This document shows, in pieces, positions 25,022 through 64,000 of a stretch of 64,000 nucleotides of DNA. The notes below the pieces were generated by a model that saw only the letters and a program-made list of their open reading frames with translations, was not told the DNA's origin and made no database searches. Position numbers and translations under genes: made by a program. Position 1 is the stretch's first letter; each line of letters starts with the position of its first letter. This stretch comes from Hormiphora californensis (lineage: Eukaryota; Animalia; Ctenophora), in assembly GCA_020137815.1 (NCBI GenBank), contig CM035359.1, forward strand, positions 2,852,001 through 2,916,000, in the 5' to 3' direction.

Positions 25022-26106
25022 GGCGGCACAATATGAAGATAGGATAGGGTAGGGTAATGATGATAAAGACTTAAAATGAGATGTGTCCGAGCTGAGATAA
25101 AAGACTCTTATGATATATACGGGAAGGCCAACTGGTTGAGATTTTAAGACAGAATATTTAGCAGAAAAAGACTGCGTAATGATATAATAAGGATTAGGGC
25201 CGTCTTCCGAGAAGAATTGTTTTATTGTTTGTCAGAATGTTTGTCAGAATGTTTGAGTCGGTTTAAGACTTGTGTCTCCCTGAAAAAGATGCAAAACCAA
25301 AAAGACATTGCTACTGTGTGTGCTGTTAGTTTGTGTCAGGTGGGGTATGATCCCAATTCTTTTACTTGAAATATATACGATGATATTATGTTATTGACAA
25401 AATATACAGCTTGTTTTCATTTGATGTTTCATGGAATAACACTCCTTGAAAAATCTGCCCTTCATTTTACCCCCTCCCCTCCCTCACCCCTTCATTCTTC
25501 AACCCCCTACCTAAGTCCCCCTCTAAACCCCCCTCCCGAACCCGGATGTGTCAGCTTGTCACACAGAGAATACACAGCTAGTCGCTTCTTACACACAGTT
25601 AGAGAGTGCTCTATGTTTTTATCGATATCCCATATCTTATTAAGCCACTAGCCAGTTCCTTAGTCCTAGTTTGCTAACTTTAGGTGCTTTTGTAAATACA
25701 GATCCTACTTGGCTTGCACACTACATGTTCATTTTGCTACCAAGGATACCTTCAGCCTTGTTCACACATATTCATCAAACGCACCTTTGTGCAGCTGTTT
25801 TTTCACAAAATTCTGTGTGATCGATTCGTTATCATCTAGCTGATGTGTTGGTATTAGTTTCCATATATCATTTGGTCATCATTTTTCAGTAGGCCACGTA
25901 TATTCGTTCCAAGCGTACCTTGTTGAGTAAGAGGACTCAACGTCCCACCTGAGCAAGCGGCCGGTCTGAAAACATTTTTCGACCTCAGTTTTGTTGTGTT
26001 TGATTAGGCTTGAATGCAGCGTTTTAACATGTCTATCTACAATATTTCACTTCTCCCCATATATATTTTCAGTAGTGAGCCGGTCCTTTCCAAGCCCTCT
26101 CCCAAG

Positions 26107-47424
<21,318 letters not shown>

Positions 47425-47574
47425 AGAGAAAGTAAATAAACTTTAATTTTGGGTTGTGTAAAGATTAATAATATTATGTATATACTCATACATCTTTGTT
47501 TACATATACTTCATCATATATAGCAAATAACCGAGTTTTTTCAACAACAATTGTCCAACAAAAAAACGTGTTTA

Positions 47575-50500
47575 TTAAGTCATCATAAGGCTGTCCTGGT
47601 CAAAAAATTCTTCAATCTGGTCCTCAGAGAGTCCAACTTTCTCCAGGACCCCTCGGAAGGTCCGTTCGTCAATTGCATCACCTTTGGTTTCCTGAAAAGA
47701 GGTTGGTGTTCGGTTCGGGGCGATTGTCAGCGCAGGTCGCCATTCGAATATGGAAACAAAGCTACTGAAATGCTGTACTTTTAACAGATGCGCGCACTTG
47801 CGCGTACCTGTCGTTCGAAGAGAAACGGTCTCTCATCAATTTTGGCCTTCATTCGATCCAACTGTATTTTGTACTCCAACTCCTTTGCTTTTTGCACCTC
47901 GCTGTAACAAAATAATGGAATTTGAAATCAACTTTATCGTTAGATGTCATGGCAAGAAATCTAAAGTGAGCTGACAGTATTCAAAACAGGAAACTCTTAC
48001 ATTTTCTGTCGCAGTTGGTCTGATTTGGAGTTGGATGGGGGAGTTTTTCCCTGTCTCGCTGCCATCTCCTTACGTAGATCCATCGTTCTCATCCTCGTTA
48101 CCAGTTCCTTTTCTCTCTCCTTCTCCTCTTTCTCCTTCTCCTATTATAGGAGGAATATAATACATGTTACTAAACGTCTAAACGTTAAAACTAGGAAAAA
48201 CAATCCAAACGAACACACAAACAGATTTGTTCAGTGTTCCTGTTAGCTGTTTAAACAGAAACAAATCTCGATATATTGCTAACCTGTTGTAGCCTCTGTT
48301 TTGTAAGAGAATCCCGTAGTGTACTGCTAACTGTTGGACGACTCTCAGCAACAAGCTCGGGGTACACTCCTGTAGGGGGGAGGGGGACATTTGGAGCTGG
48401 TAGTTGTATTTGAGTGCGGGAGGGAACTCTAAAATTTTAAATTATAATATTTAATTTCATAATTAATTAAAAATTTAATTAAATAACAAAATGTCTCCAA
48501 CCTGTATAATGAAATTGTTTCATTTCACTCCTAACTCTCTCCCCCTCAGCCCCATTCTCCATGGCCTTCAGGGCTTGTTCCCTCTTCTTACATTCTGCAA
48601 GCAACTCAGTTCGCAGTGCAAATGGTTCCACAATGGTCGTGGGTTTGGTGATCTGTCTCCTGATTAGCGCTTCTTCCTCTTGTTTGTGCTGACATAAGGG
48701 GGGGGGGGGGGGGGGGTTAGGTCTAGGATGGGTTTGGGGGGGGGTTAGGATGGGGGGATTTGGGGTTAGGATGGGAGGATTCGGGGTTAGGATGGGGGAT
48801 TTGGGGTTAGGATGGGGGGATTCGGGGTTAGGATGGGTTTAGGGGAGTTGGTGTTAGGATGGGGTTAGGTTAGGAGAGGCGGAGTTAGATCAGCCGAGCA
48901 GTAACATTTGTTAACTGTGTCTCATCCAGCTCTGGATGTTGAATTTATCAGATCTTGTCAAGGCAGGTGTAACACATCAAGAGATGTCGAAATTTGAGAG
49001 CCGGGATGAAGATCACTCGCTTGCTATAATTGGTCCTCGCCCCTAAGCAAAATATATTTTGCTTAGGGGCAATTATAGCAAGCGAGATACATATAAAACC
49101 TATACTTCCCAGTTCCCAGTTCCCACATAAGTATACTGAGAAACATTTAATTATCCCTAAAAGGCTCCACATACATGTACATCTCTCACTTCTAGGAGAG
49201 AGGGTCCCCCATGATAGTATACTTGGGAATACGAAGCCTATGAATAAAGTGGAACATATTTCATAGTATGCCTCCCCCACCAAGACCATTAGACAAACCC
49301 AATTCTCATCAAATTTCCAACTTGAAGTTGTTTCATAGACTCTCGATTTGGCAAAAATACACTGCTCATTACAAATCACCAGTAGATAAAGATCAGAAAG
49401 AGTTTTATCTTACCAGAAGCTCAAAGTCAGGTATAAAATTTCTAATAACGGGGTTGAATGTGTGTTCCTCCGTCAAATGTGCCCTCTTTTCACGTTTCTC
49501 CTGCGCTGCTCTCCTAATCTTACCATCTGAAGTTAATTAATTAATTAATTAATGAGTCATTATACTAATTAGAATTTACTGGTAATTTCACATGCAGAAG
49601 CTTTACTCAAACTGTATTCAGTCAAACCTCGATTCACCAGACTACTCGGGGTTTGTACGCTAAATCGAGGTCCGGTAAATGGAGATTTGACTGCATTTAA
49701 CAAACAAAGTACGAACCAGTGTAGTGTAAACTATGTCTTTTCATAGAGCTGGGTAGATCACTTTTTGCCAAGAGCTGTTCAGATCTCATTTTCATCCTAA
49801 TTTCCCTGTACGCCTCTTCCTCTCTCATCTTTTCTTCAACTTCGCCACTGTAAAATGTAGGGTATTAATGATCTAATTCATTAATGATCAAATTTATTGC
49901 TAGTTTAGCGACCAAGTGGTTTACCAAGAGAGTACCAATAAAGCTCCTAACTGTTCAAAAGAGATCTATACAAGTATTAAACTCGTAATAAGACTAAGAT
50001 TTACCACAGAAAACTCACTCAAACAGATGGTAAGGAAAGGGTCGGGCTGAGAATCTCTGTGGTTGAGGTGCCGCGGTTGCCTGCTGTTTCCTCTCTCCAT
50101 CTCCATCGAGTGCTGACAATGATCTACTTCTTTTGATAGCTGCTCTCTCGTCAAAAGAGAAGGGTTTTTGTAGAGCTTTCGTTAGAGTTTTCCGGTCCGA
50201 TTTGACTCGTTCTCTTCTCGCGTCCTGGAAAAAAAAATGAAAGTGCAGTACGACCACGATTTACCGGGAGGATAAACTTCCCCCAGGAAATTAACGGTAT
50301 TTGACCCCGATTTACCGAGCAAAACCCGAGCATCCTGGTAACTCGGGGTCCAACTGTAACTCTTAGAAGACTACAGAGCGAAGGAGCAAGATAAAAGGGC
50401 GTTATTAAAAAGGGATGGTTGATATAGGTGTGTTATAAATAACCCTGTTACTGTACAGCTGCTCTGTAAGGTATAAATGATATAAAATGAAACCTATAAA

Positions 50501-52399
50501 TACCCTCCCTCCATCAATATGCAAGATTTTACACCTTGATCTAAAAATACAAAATAAATCAAGTAAAAACCTTGATTCGCTTGACATTGTGTCCGTGCTC
50601 GAATAAAAAGAAAGTATGAACAATTCAATAAAAACCTGTCGTTTTTGTAGACTGTGCAGGCGATTTTCAAAGGTAGAAGGAGGTATTGGGGATGCTTTAA
50701 ACTGTTTTTTACACTCAGCTTCTTCTACCATTTCCCGCTCTAATTTCTTCATTTCCGCCTCTATCTGTGGAAAATGATTGTATTTCAACACCATGTAAAG
50801 TGTGAATAAAGTTTCAAAAAATATTTGAATTGTTAGCTCTAAGCACCTGGTTTTTAGTCTTGGTTGGTTTCTTTAACTCATCTCGCAGTGTCATAAAGAA
50901 CGGATCGGGTACAGTTACCCGTGGCCTCCGAGGTCGAGCTCGTTTAGGTGGGGCAGAATACGATTTGTGGGTTACTTTTTGTGGTTCCCGGGGGGCGTAT
51001 TTATCAATGGTGAAATCTTTCCACATGTCAGATACAGTGGTGTTCTGAGATGACTGAAATGTGTGGAAATTATGTTATGGTGGCAAAGATTAGTAAAACC
51101 GATAAAATCAAACATACTGCCTCACTCCTAGCTTCACTGTTTGCTTTGTAGAGTAATTTGCAGCCAGTTTTATTGAAACTTACAAGACGAGGAATATCAC
51201 ATGTGGAGTTGAGAGAGTAATCAGGCACACAGTCCGCCAGAGTGGTCTGATCTGCAGCTGCTGATGTTGCATTGTTCTCTGTCGCAGTTGATGCTCCCCC
51301 AATGGTCGTGTTTCCCTCGACATACTCCCTATCGATTGACAAGTTTAGTCGGAATATCGAATGTATCTTTAGATGGGGGGGGGGGGGACATGTTAATTTT
51401 GTTAACTTTGTTAATATTAACATCGAGAAAACAGGTGATTTATTAACAAAATTAACAAAAAGTTAACAAACGTTAACAAATGCCATTTATGCCATCTAAA
51501 TCCCCTTTAGTATTAGCACGTATTTTTAGTATTTAACACTTGTTCTGCGAGCAAAGTTGTTCATTCTGTACGATTTACATACCCCTACTACCTCTACTAC
51601 GGCTTTTCTACAGCGATTTATTCCATTTTGTTAATGTTAATAAATACTAGCCAAACTAAACCGCAATTGAAGTCAAATGAGCCTAATCCACATTTTCGCA
51701 CCCTAAAAACTAAATAAGACTCATGAATTTACCTTAAAACGAAAAATATCCCAAAAATCTATTTTTCTAAAAAAACACAAGGATTTGTAGCGAAGCAAAT
51801 TTTCAATCCTTGACCAAAAAATTGATTTTGGGAAAATTTTATTTCTTTTTTCAACAGAAACGTTGTACATCATCTTATTAAGTTCAAAGAATCGATTACT
51901 AATTTAAAAATTACGTTTAAGTGAGATTTTATACGCTAAATTGAAATATTTGTAACTTTTGGAATTTTATCGATTTTGAGCCAAAAAACCTGTATGTCGG
52001 ACTTTGGTTATCGGAAAAGGCCTTGTTTGGGTATATATGTGTTAGATAATTCATTAAACTATAAAATTAAACCAGTTAAAGTCGTATTATCAACCAATAA
52101 GAACAGTCTTTTAGCATTTGTTAATTTTGTTAATTTTGTTAATTAACGTTAATTAACAAAATCGAAAAAAGAGGTGATTTATTAACAATTAACATGTCCC
52201 CCCCCCCCTTTAGATTCAAATTAAAGTTCTTCTAGGTGAAAAATGAAATTGGTACTCACCTGAAAGACACGGATGATTTGGGAGCTATAAAACTCTCATA
52301 CAGGTCCTTGTATAGTTCGACTGTTTTGCTTTGGCGAGTTCTCAGCTCGGTAATTCTCTCCAAACTGCTCACGTTTGTCATATCAATGTCAGATGCCAT
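47575..52399 (-). CDS. FAM161: FAM161A/B-like ciliary/centriolar microtubule-binding protein (~12 exons)
   Basis: Exon translations MASDIDMTN..., MWKDFTIDKYAP...VTVPDPFFMTLRDE, EEAECKKQFKASPIP, ALQKPFSFDER, FSARPFP, EEEAYREIRMKMRSEQLL, C-terminal FRGVLEKVGLSEDQI. These match the FAM161 (UPF0564) pattern as recalled. Confidence 0.85.
48700..48873. repeat. ~20-bp tandem repeat GGGGTTAGGATGGGGGATT(T/C) immediately upstream of a FAM161 3' splice site
   Basis: Directly visible; sense-strand unit contains CCTAAC. Confidence 0.85.
51375..52207. mobile_element. Intact ~830-bp copy of the G-run TIR element in FAM161 intron 1
   Basis: (G)nACATGTTAATT ... AATTAACATGT(C)n with 8-bp TSD CTTTAGAT. Confidence 0.85.
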
Positions 52400-52953
52400 T
52401 GTCACGCTTACTGGGGATGGTTTTTGCAATAAAAACTTTGTGACACGCCTAACCAACTAAAATGAACAAAACGACCTGTTGGCAAACGCTGCAGCTTGGG
52501 ATAAGGCAGCGTTTTTCAAAACGACCAGAAGTCGATTAAAAACTTGAAAAAAAAGTGTCAAAAAAGTGAATCGCGATTTCAATTTTGAAAATTTAATAAT
52601 TTGCGCCGCGCATTGATGAAATGGAGGGCGCGAAATTTATGCAGCGCAAAACAAAAATTTGAAACAATTTGAAACTTTCAAAAATTCCAAAATTTCTTGT
52701 TTTTTTTGTTCGGTTTTTCTTGTTCGTTTCTGTAAAAATGTTCATGGTTAAATAGCTCTGGCCTCTGCTCTCAAGGCCGCTTATGAACGCACAAAGTTAT
52801 GTACGATACTCGTACTGAATTTATAATTATGTTCATCGAGAAGAGGTGTTTACAACTTTTGGGGCGGCCCAGGGTTGTGGGCATGGTCCCATAGCCGCCC
52901 CAGGGTCCAGAGTTGCTGGGCCGCGGGGCAACTCCACCCGCGATTCAATTCAT

Positions 52954-53093
52954 TGGGTTTGGGATTTCTCGCGGTGGAGGGAGAGAGTTAGTTTCAGACA
53001 TTGAAAACAACGAAAACGAAGAATTCTTCGTTTTCCTTGTTTTCAATGTCTGAAACTAACTCTCTCCCACCACCGCGAGAAATCCCAAACCCA
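52954..53093. repeat. 140-bp spacer-less near-perfect palindrome between divergent FAM161 and TMEM192
   Basis: TGGGTTTGGGATTTCTCGCGGTGG...CGAAGAATTCTTCG...CCACCGCGAGAAATCCCAAACCCA, centred on GAATTC at 53021-53026. Confidence 0.9.
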
Positions 53094-53192
53094 CTAAAAA
53101 GAAGAAACAATTTAGTAGTAAACACAAAGTTTCAGCAGCTGACCCTTTATGTCGTTCCACAATCACGGTCAATCAACCCTTTTTAGATAGAC

Positions 53193-60167
<6,975 letters not shown>

Positions 60168-61117
60168 AGTTCTTTTATCTATACATGATCATCGAAACCT
60201 CTTATCTAAACATGGATACCTCGGAAGGATGGGATATTACTTGATACTTGATACTTATAATGTCGTGCTAGATTATTTGAATGGTTCTAAGCACTGGTCG
60301 GTGAAGGCCGATAAAATGACACAATATAAAAAGTGGGATTTATAGTGTGTGTAATAAACCTGACAGACAGCTATTGATTTATTGGTGCTATATAATATGT
60401 GTATTATGCCGCTGAGAGTGTGTCTGGCAGTGTCCCAGCTGTGTTATGACTGAGCTACACATGTAACACAAACAAGGGCTTGTTCAATATATATATAAAC
60501 ACTCTCTTACACTGTGTTATAGCTCAATTGATGTGTTTTGTTTGATATTACTCTACTATTATGTTTTTACATTTTGACAATTTTGATTTAATTGATAAAA
60601 GGTGTTTTGGTAAAGCATGTGCCGTAATTATTTGGGCCCCCAATTTGCTGGGTGTCTTTACTGAGATTTTTCTCTTCCTAGTTTATATCTATCCTTTCAT
60701 CCTTTTTATTCTTTTCTCTTTAATTTTACCTCATTTACCTTTTCTTCATATCTTCTACCCATGCCCCTTTAATTATTCATCCCTCTCTTTCTACCCTCCT
60801 TTCTTTTTATTCCCCTTCTATTTCCCCTTTATTCTATACTTTAGCCCTACACTCTTTCTTATCTCCCTCTTACTTCCCTTCGCCTCCCCTTTTTTCTCTC
60901 TCAATCCCACTTTCTCCTCTTTCTTTCTCTCTCTTCTTCTCTCCCCAAATGTGTCTTCCTTACGCCCCTCCCAAATTTCCCCCCTTTTTCTCTTTCTTCC
61001 TTTTTCTCCTTCCTTTTTCTTTTTTTCTCTATCTCTTTCCTCTCCCCGAATCCCCTTTTTTCCCCACCTCTTGATGTCCCTCAATTCCGCAGCGTTTTGG
61101 GGTCTGACAACCGACGC

Positions 61118-61441
61118 ACCTTATCTGACACTGACGGACCTTATCTGGACACTGGGGACCTTATCTGACACTGACGGACCTTATCTGACACTGACGGACC
61201 TTATCTGACATGACGGACCTTATCTGACACTGACGGACCTTATCTGACACTGACGGACCTTATCTGACACTGACGGACCTTATCTGACACTTGACGGACC
61301 TTATCTGACACTGACGGACCTTATCTGACACTGACGGACCTTATCTGACACTGACGGACCTTATCTGACACTGACGGACCTTATCTGACACTGACGGACC
61401 TTATCTGACACTGACGGACCTTATCTGACACTGGACGGACC
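61118..61441. repeat. 20-bp tandem array GGACCTTATCTGACACTGAC (~16 units)
   Basis: Head-to-tail, near-identical units with no spacers. Confidence 0.95.
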
Positions 61442-61590
61442 TAACTGCTAGGTAAACACATACACTAGTTTTGTATTCACATTTTGGAAACTCTGAATTA
61501 TAAGTTCCAAACAACTGTCAGCCACCCTCTCTATTATATCGATAATTGAACATCCCCTACATTTATTTTCCTATCTTTTGATCCCACTAG

Positions 61591-62571
61591 GGATGGAGGA
61601 TAAGCATGGAAGATGCCCACACAACACAACTCAGTATAGGGGGTAACACGAGAACTAACTTTTTCGGAGGTACGTTTCAAACCCCCTCCCGGCTCCCCCT
61701 GTTTCAAATGTTCCATTCAACTTTATTTGTTCCATTCTCACGATATCGACTAGATCTACACTCATTCGTAATCGTTTAACCTTTCCTCTGTGCCCTAATT
61801 CTCCCCTGCTCCCTCTCTGATTCCTGATCCCTAATTTTCCAAATATAATATTCCCATCCCCTCCCAGTATACGATGGGCACGGTGGATCCCAATCAGCCT
61901 ACTACACACAGGAGAATCTACACAAAAAGATAACCAGCCAGCCTGCATTCAAGAGCGGTAATGTTGAGGAAGCCCTAGTAAAGGCATTCGTGGAGCTCGA
62001 TAAGGATATGCAGGAAGGTAAGAGAGTTGGGTGAGATTTTGACTTTTGGAGCGAGATTTTGACTTTTGGGGCGAGATTTGAGTTTTGGGGCTTGGGGTGA
62101 GGTTTGGGCTTGGGGTGAGGGCTTGTTTTGGGAAATTTTTAGGGCTGGTCTAGACTCCCAATAATTGTCTAGCAGCCCCAACACCTTTCCTGTCCTCTGA
62201 ATAGTACCACTTCAAGTTCCAACTTCCATTCACGTTCAAACTAGAAGTTCTAGTTCCCAATTTCATTCCCATAACCGGAAAAGGGATACAACAAAACATG
62301 TTCACCCTCTTTATTCACCCTCTTTATTCACCCTCTTAATTCCTGTCTCAGATTCAGAATGTCGCTTCACAACCTCTGGCTGCACTTCTGTGGTAGTGAT
62401 GACACGAAATAACCAGATCTACTGTGCTAATTGTGGTGATTCAAGGGCTGTGTTGAGTGAAAGAGGTCAAGCTATCCCGCTATCTTTCGATCATAAACCG
62501 GGAAATGAGGGTAGGTAGTAGAACTTTTCGGTGGCTCTATCTATCTATCTATATATCTCTATCTTTCTCTT

Positions 62572-62653
<82 letters not shown>

Positions 62654-62660
62654 GTCTGTC

Positions 62661-62726
<66 letters not shown>

Positions 62727-63798
62727 TCTATCTCTCTCCCCCATTCTTCTACACACTACTATCCCTACGCTTATTGCACCACAGTTTCAATCAAATCGCG
62801 ACTCAATAACCTCTCCCCTGCAGAAGAACTATCGCGAATCAAAGCAGCCGGGGGTTTCGTTGAATTTAACAGAGTCAATGGTACACTAGCTCTCTCCCGG
62901 GCACTGGGTGATTTCGAGTTCAAACGTGGTAACCTGGCTCCTAAAGACCAAATGGTGACAGGTAAATTATTTAATTTGATAATTATTTTTTAATAATTTA
63001 TTTAATATTTCTTATCATTGATTGCATATACTATTAGAAAAGACCAAGATGAGGGGAGAAGTCGGTATCCGAGGTTCCTAAGATGTTTTTATTAAACAAA
63101 CACAAGCAAACAAACAAATCAAGTTCCGAGTCTGAACAGCGCAAGGGTCGAACGAGTAAATTTTGAACTCAAATATATCCGTTTGGCGTGTTTGGTTGGA
63201 GGGCGCGGTGAGTGGCGCGCATGGAAAGTACACCAAATACAGCGCGCTGTGTTATGGGGCACTGTTGGTGGGATGTGAATTGTCCCTGGAGCAAAGCGGT
63301 GTGGGTGGGGCCCCTGAGAGAGGTGTGTCATGTGGGAGCCGTGAGAAGGATAAAGGAGGAGAGATAGTGTGAGAATCGATGATACCTTGTTGCTACTCAA
63401 CAAATGATACCACCCTTTCTCTCCGCAGCGGTGCCGGAAGTGACAGTAACACCGATGAACGAAAACCAAGAATTCATTGTGCTAGCGTGTGATGGTATTT
63501 GGGATGTTCTGACAAGGCAAGAGGTGGTCGATTTCATCAGACCTAAGTTGGCCGAGGGCCAAAATCCTAGCAGGGTAAGAATTGAGCTTTCGTTTTACTA
63601 GATTTTGCCTAAACTTGACCCTAAAATTAGCCATGTCTTATCTCTAGTTGTAAATTTTCCAGGACCGGTTTGATTCATTTTTCATGACCCTCTCCGCAGA
63701 TATGTGAAGCGATATTGACGCGTTGTTTGGCCCCTAGTACAGCTGTCGGAGGGCTAGGATGTGATAATATGACCATAACTTTAGTTTCTCTTATGCAG
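61591..63798 (+). CDS. Protein phosphatase 2C (PPM family, Ptc2/ppm-2-like); first coding exon not found, 3' end runs out of the window
   Basis: Exons ~61591-61669 ([10 protein letters not shown]), 61868-62017 (VYDGHGG), 62352-62510 (SGCT...[11 protein letters not shown]...SFDHKP), 62824-62961 ([18 protein letters not shown]), 63429-63574 (LACDGIWD), 63700-63798 (GCDNMT). Confidence 0.92.
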
Positions 63799-64000
63799 GT
63801 AAGCATCAATTAATTAATTAATTTATTTATTTATTAATTAATAACATTGGCTAGCTAAATTCGGATTTTTTGAAACTGTCACCCCCTTAGAGTTTTCAAA
63901 TTTCTTTAAATGACCATAAGTCCGGTTCCTGATGAGATAGAGACTTGAAATTTGGAAGTTACGAAGATCTTGCTAAGTTCTTCCGAACCTCCAAATTTCA

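Noticed and set aside
48700-48873. Interstitial telomeric repeat
   Set aside because: The unit is GGGGTTAGGAT..., not tandem TTAGGG.
60561-61208. 215-aa Phe/Leu/Pro-rich ORF
   Set aside because: Translation of a pyrimidine-rich low-complexity tract running into the 20-bp satellite.
61118-61441. Regular short repeats as a possible CRISPR array (also 59308-59580 and 32731-33150)
   Set aside because: Head-to-tail units with no unique spacers, no cas genes, eukaryotic context: these are minisatellites.

Overview
Intron-rich, microsatellite- and MITE-rich animal genomic DNA; its repeat families suggest a ctenophore (Pleurobrachia-like), but that is inference only. I spliced nine protein-coding genes by hand. 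These are: an S/P/K-rich SxIP-motif protein (-), an orphan class A GPCR (-), AGXT2 (+), sulfoacetaldehyde acetyltransferase Xsc (+), a large Pro/Gly-Cys/coiled-coil gene (+), a small secreted Cys-rich peptide gene nested antisense in that gene's 13.6-kb intron (-), FAM161 (-), TMEM192 (+) and a partial PP2C (+). The main finding is the AGXT2-xsc pair. A metazoan-type class III aminotransferase (13 exons) is followed 310 bp later, on the same strand, by a 14-exon gene for Xsc, the ThDP-dependent desulfonating enzyme of bacterial taurine catabolism. Both start with Arg-rich presequence-like N-termini. This looks like an operon-like mitochondrial taurine -> sulfoacetaldehyde -> acetyl phosphate + sulfite module in an animal. 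The window also has a deeply nested transposon stack (37.0-45.1 kb), several long palindromes, and splice-signal-rich tandem repeats next to splice sites. All family assignments are from motif recognition and memory; no database search was run.
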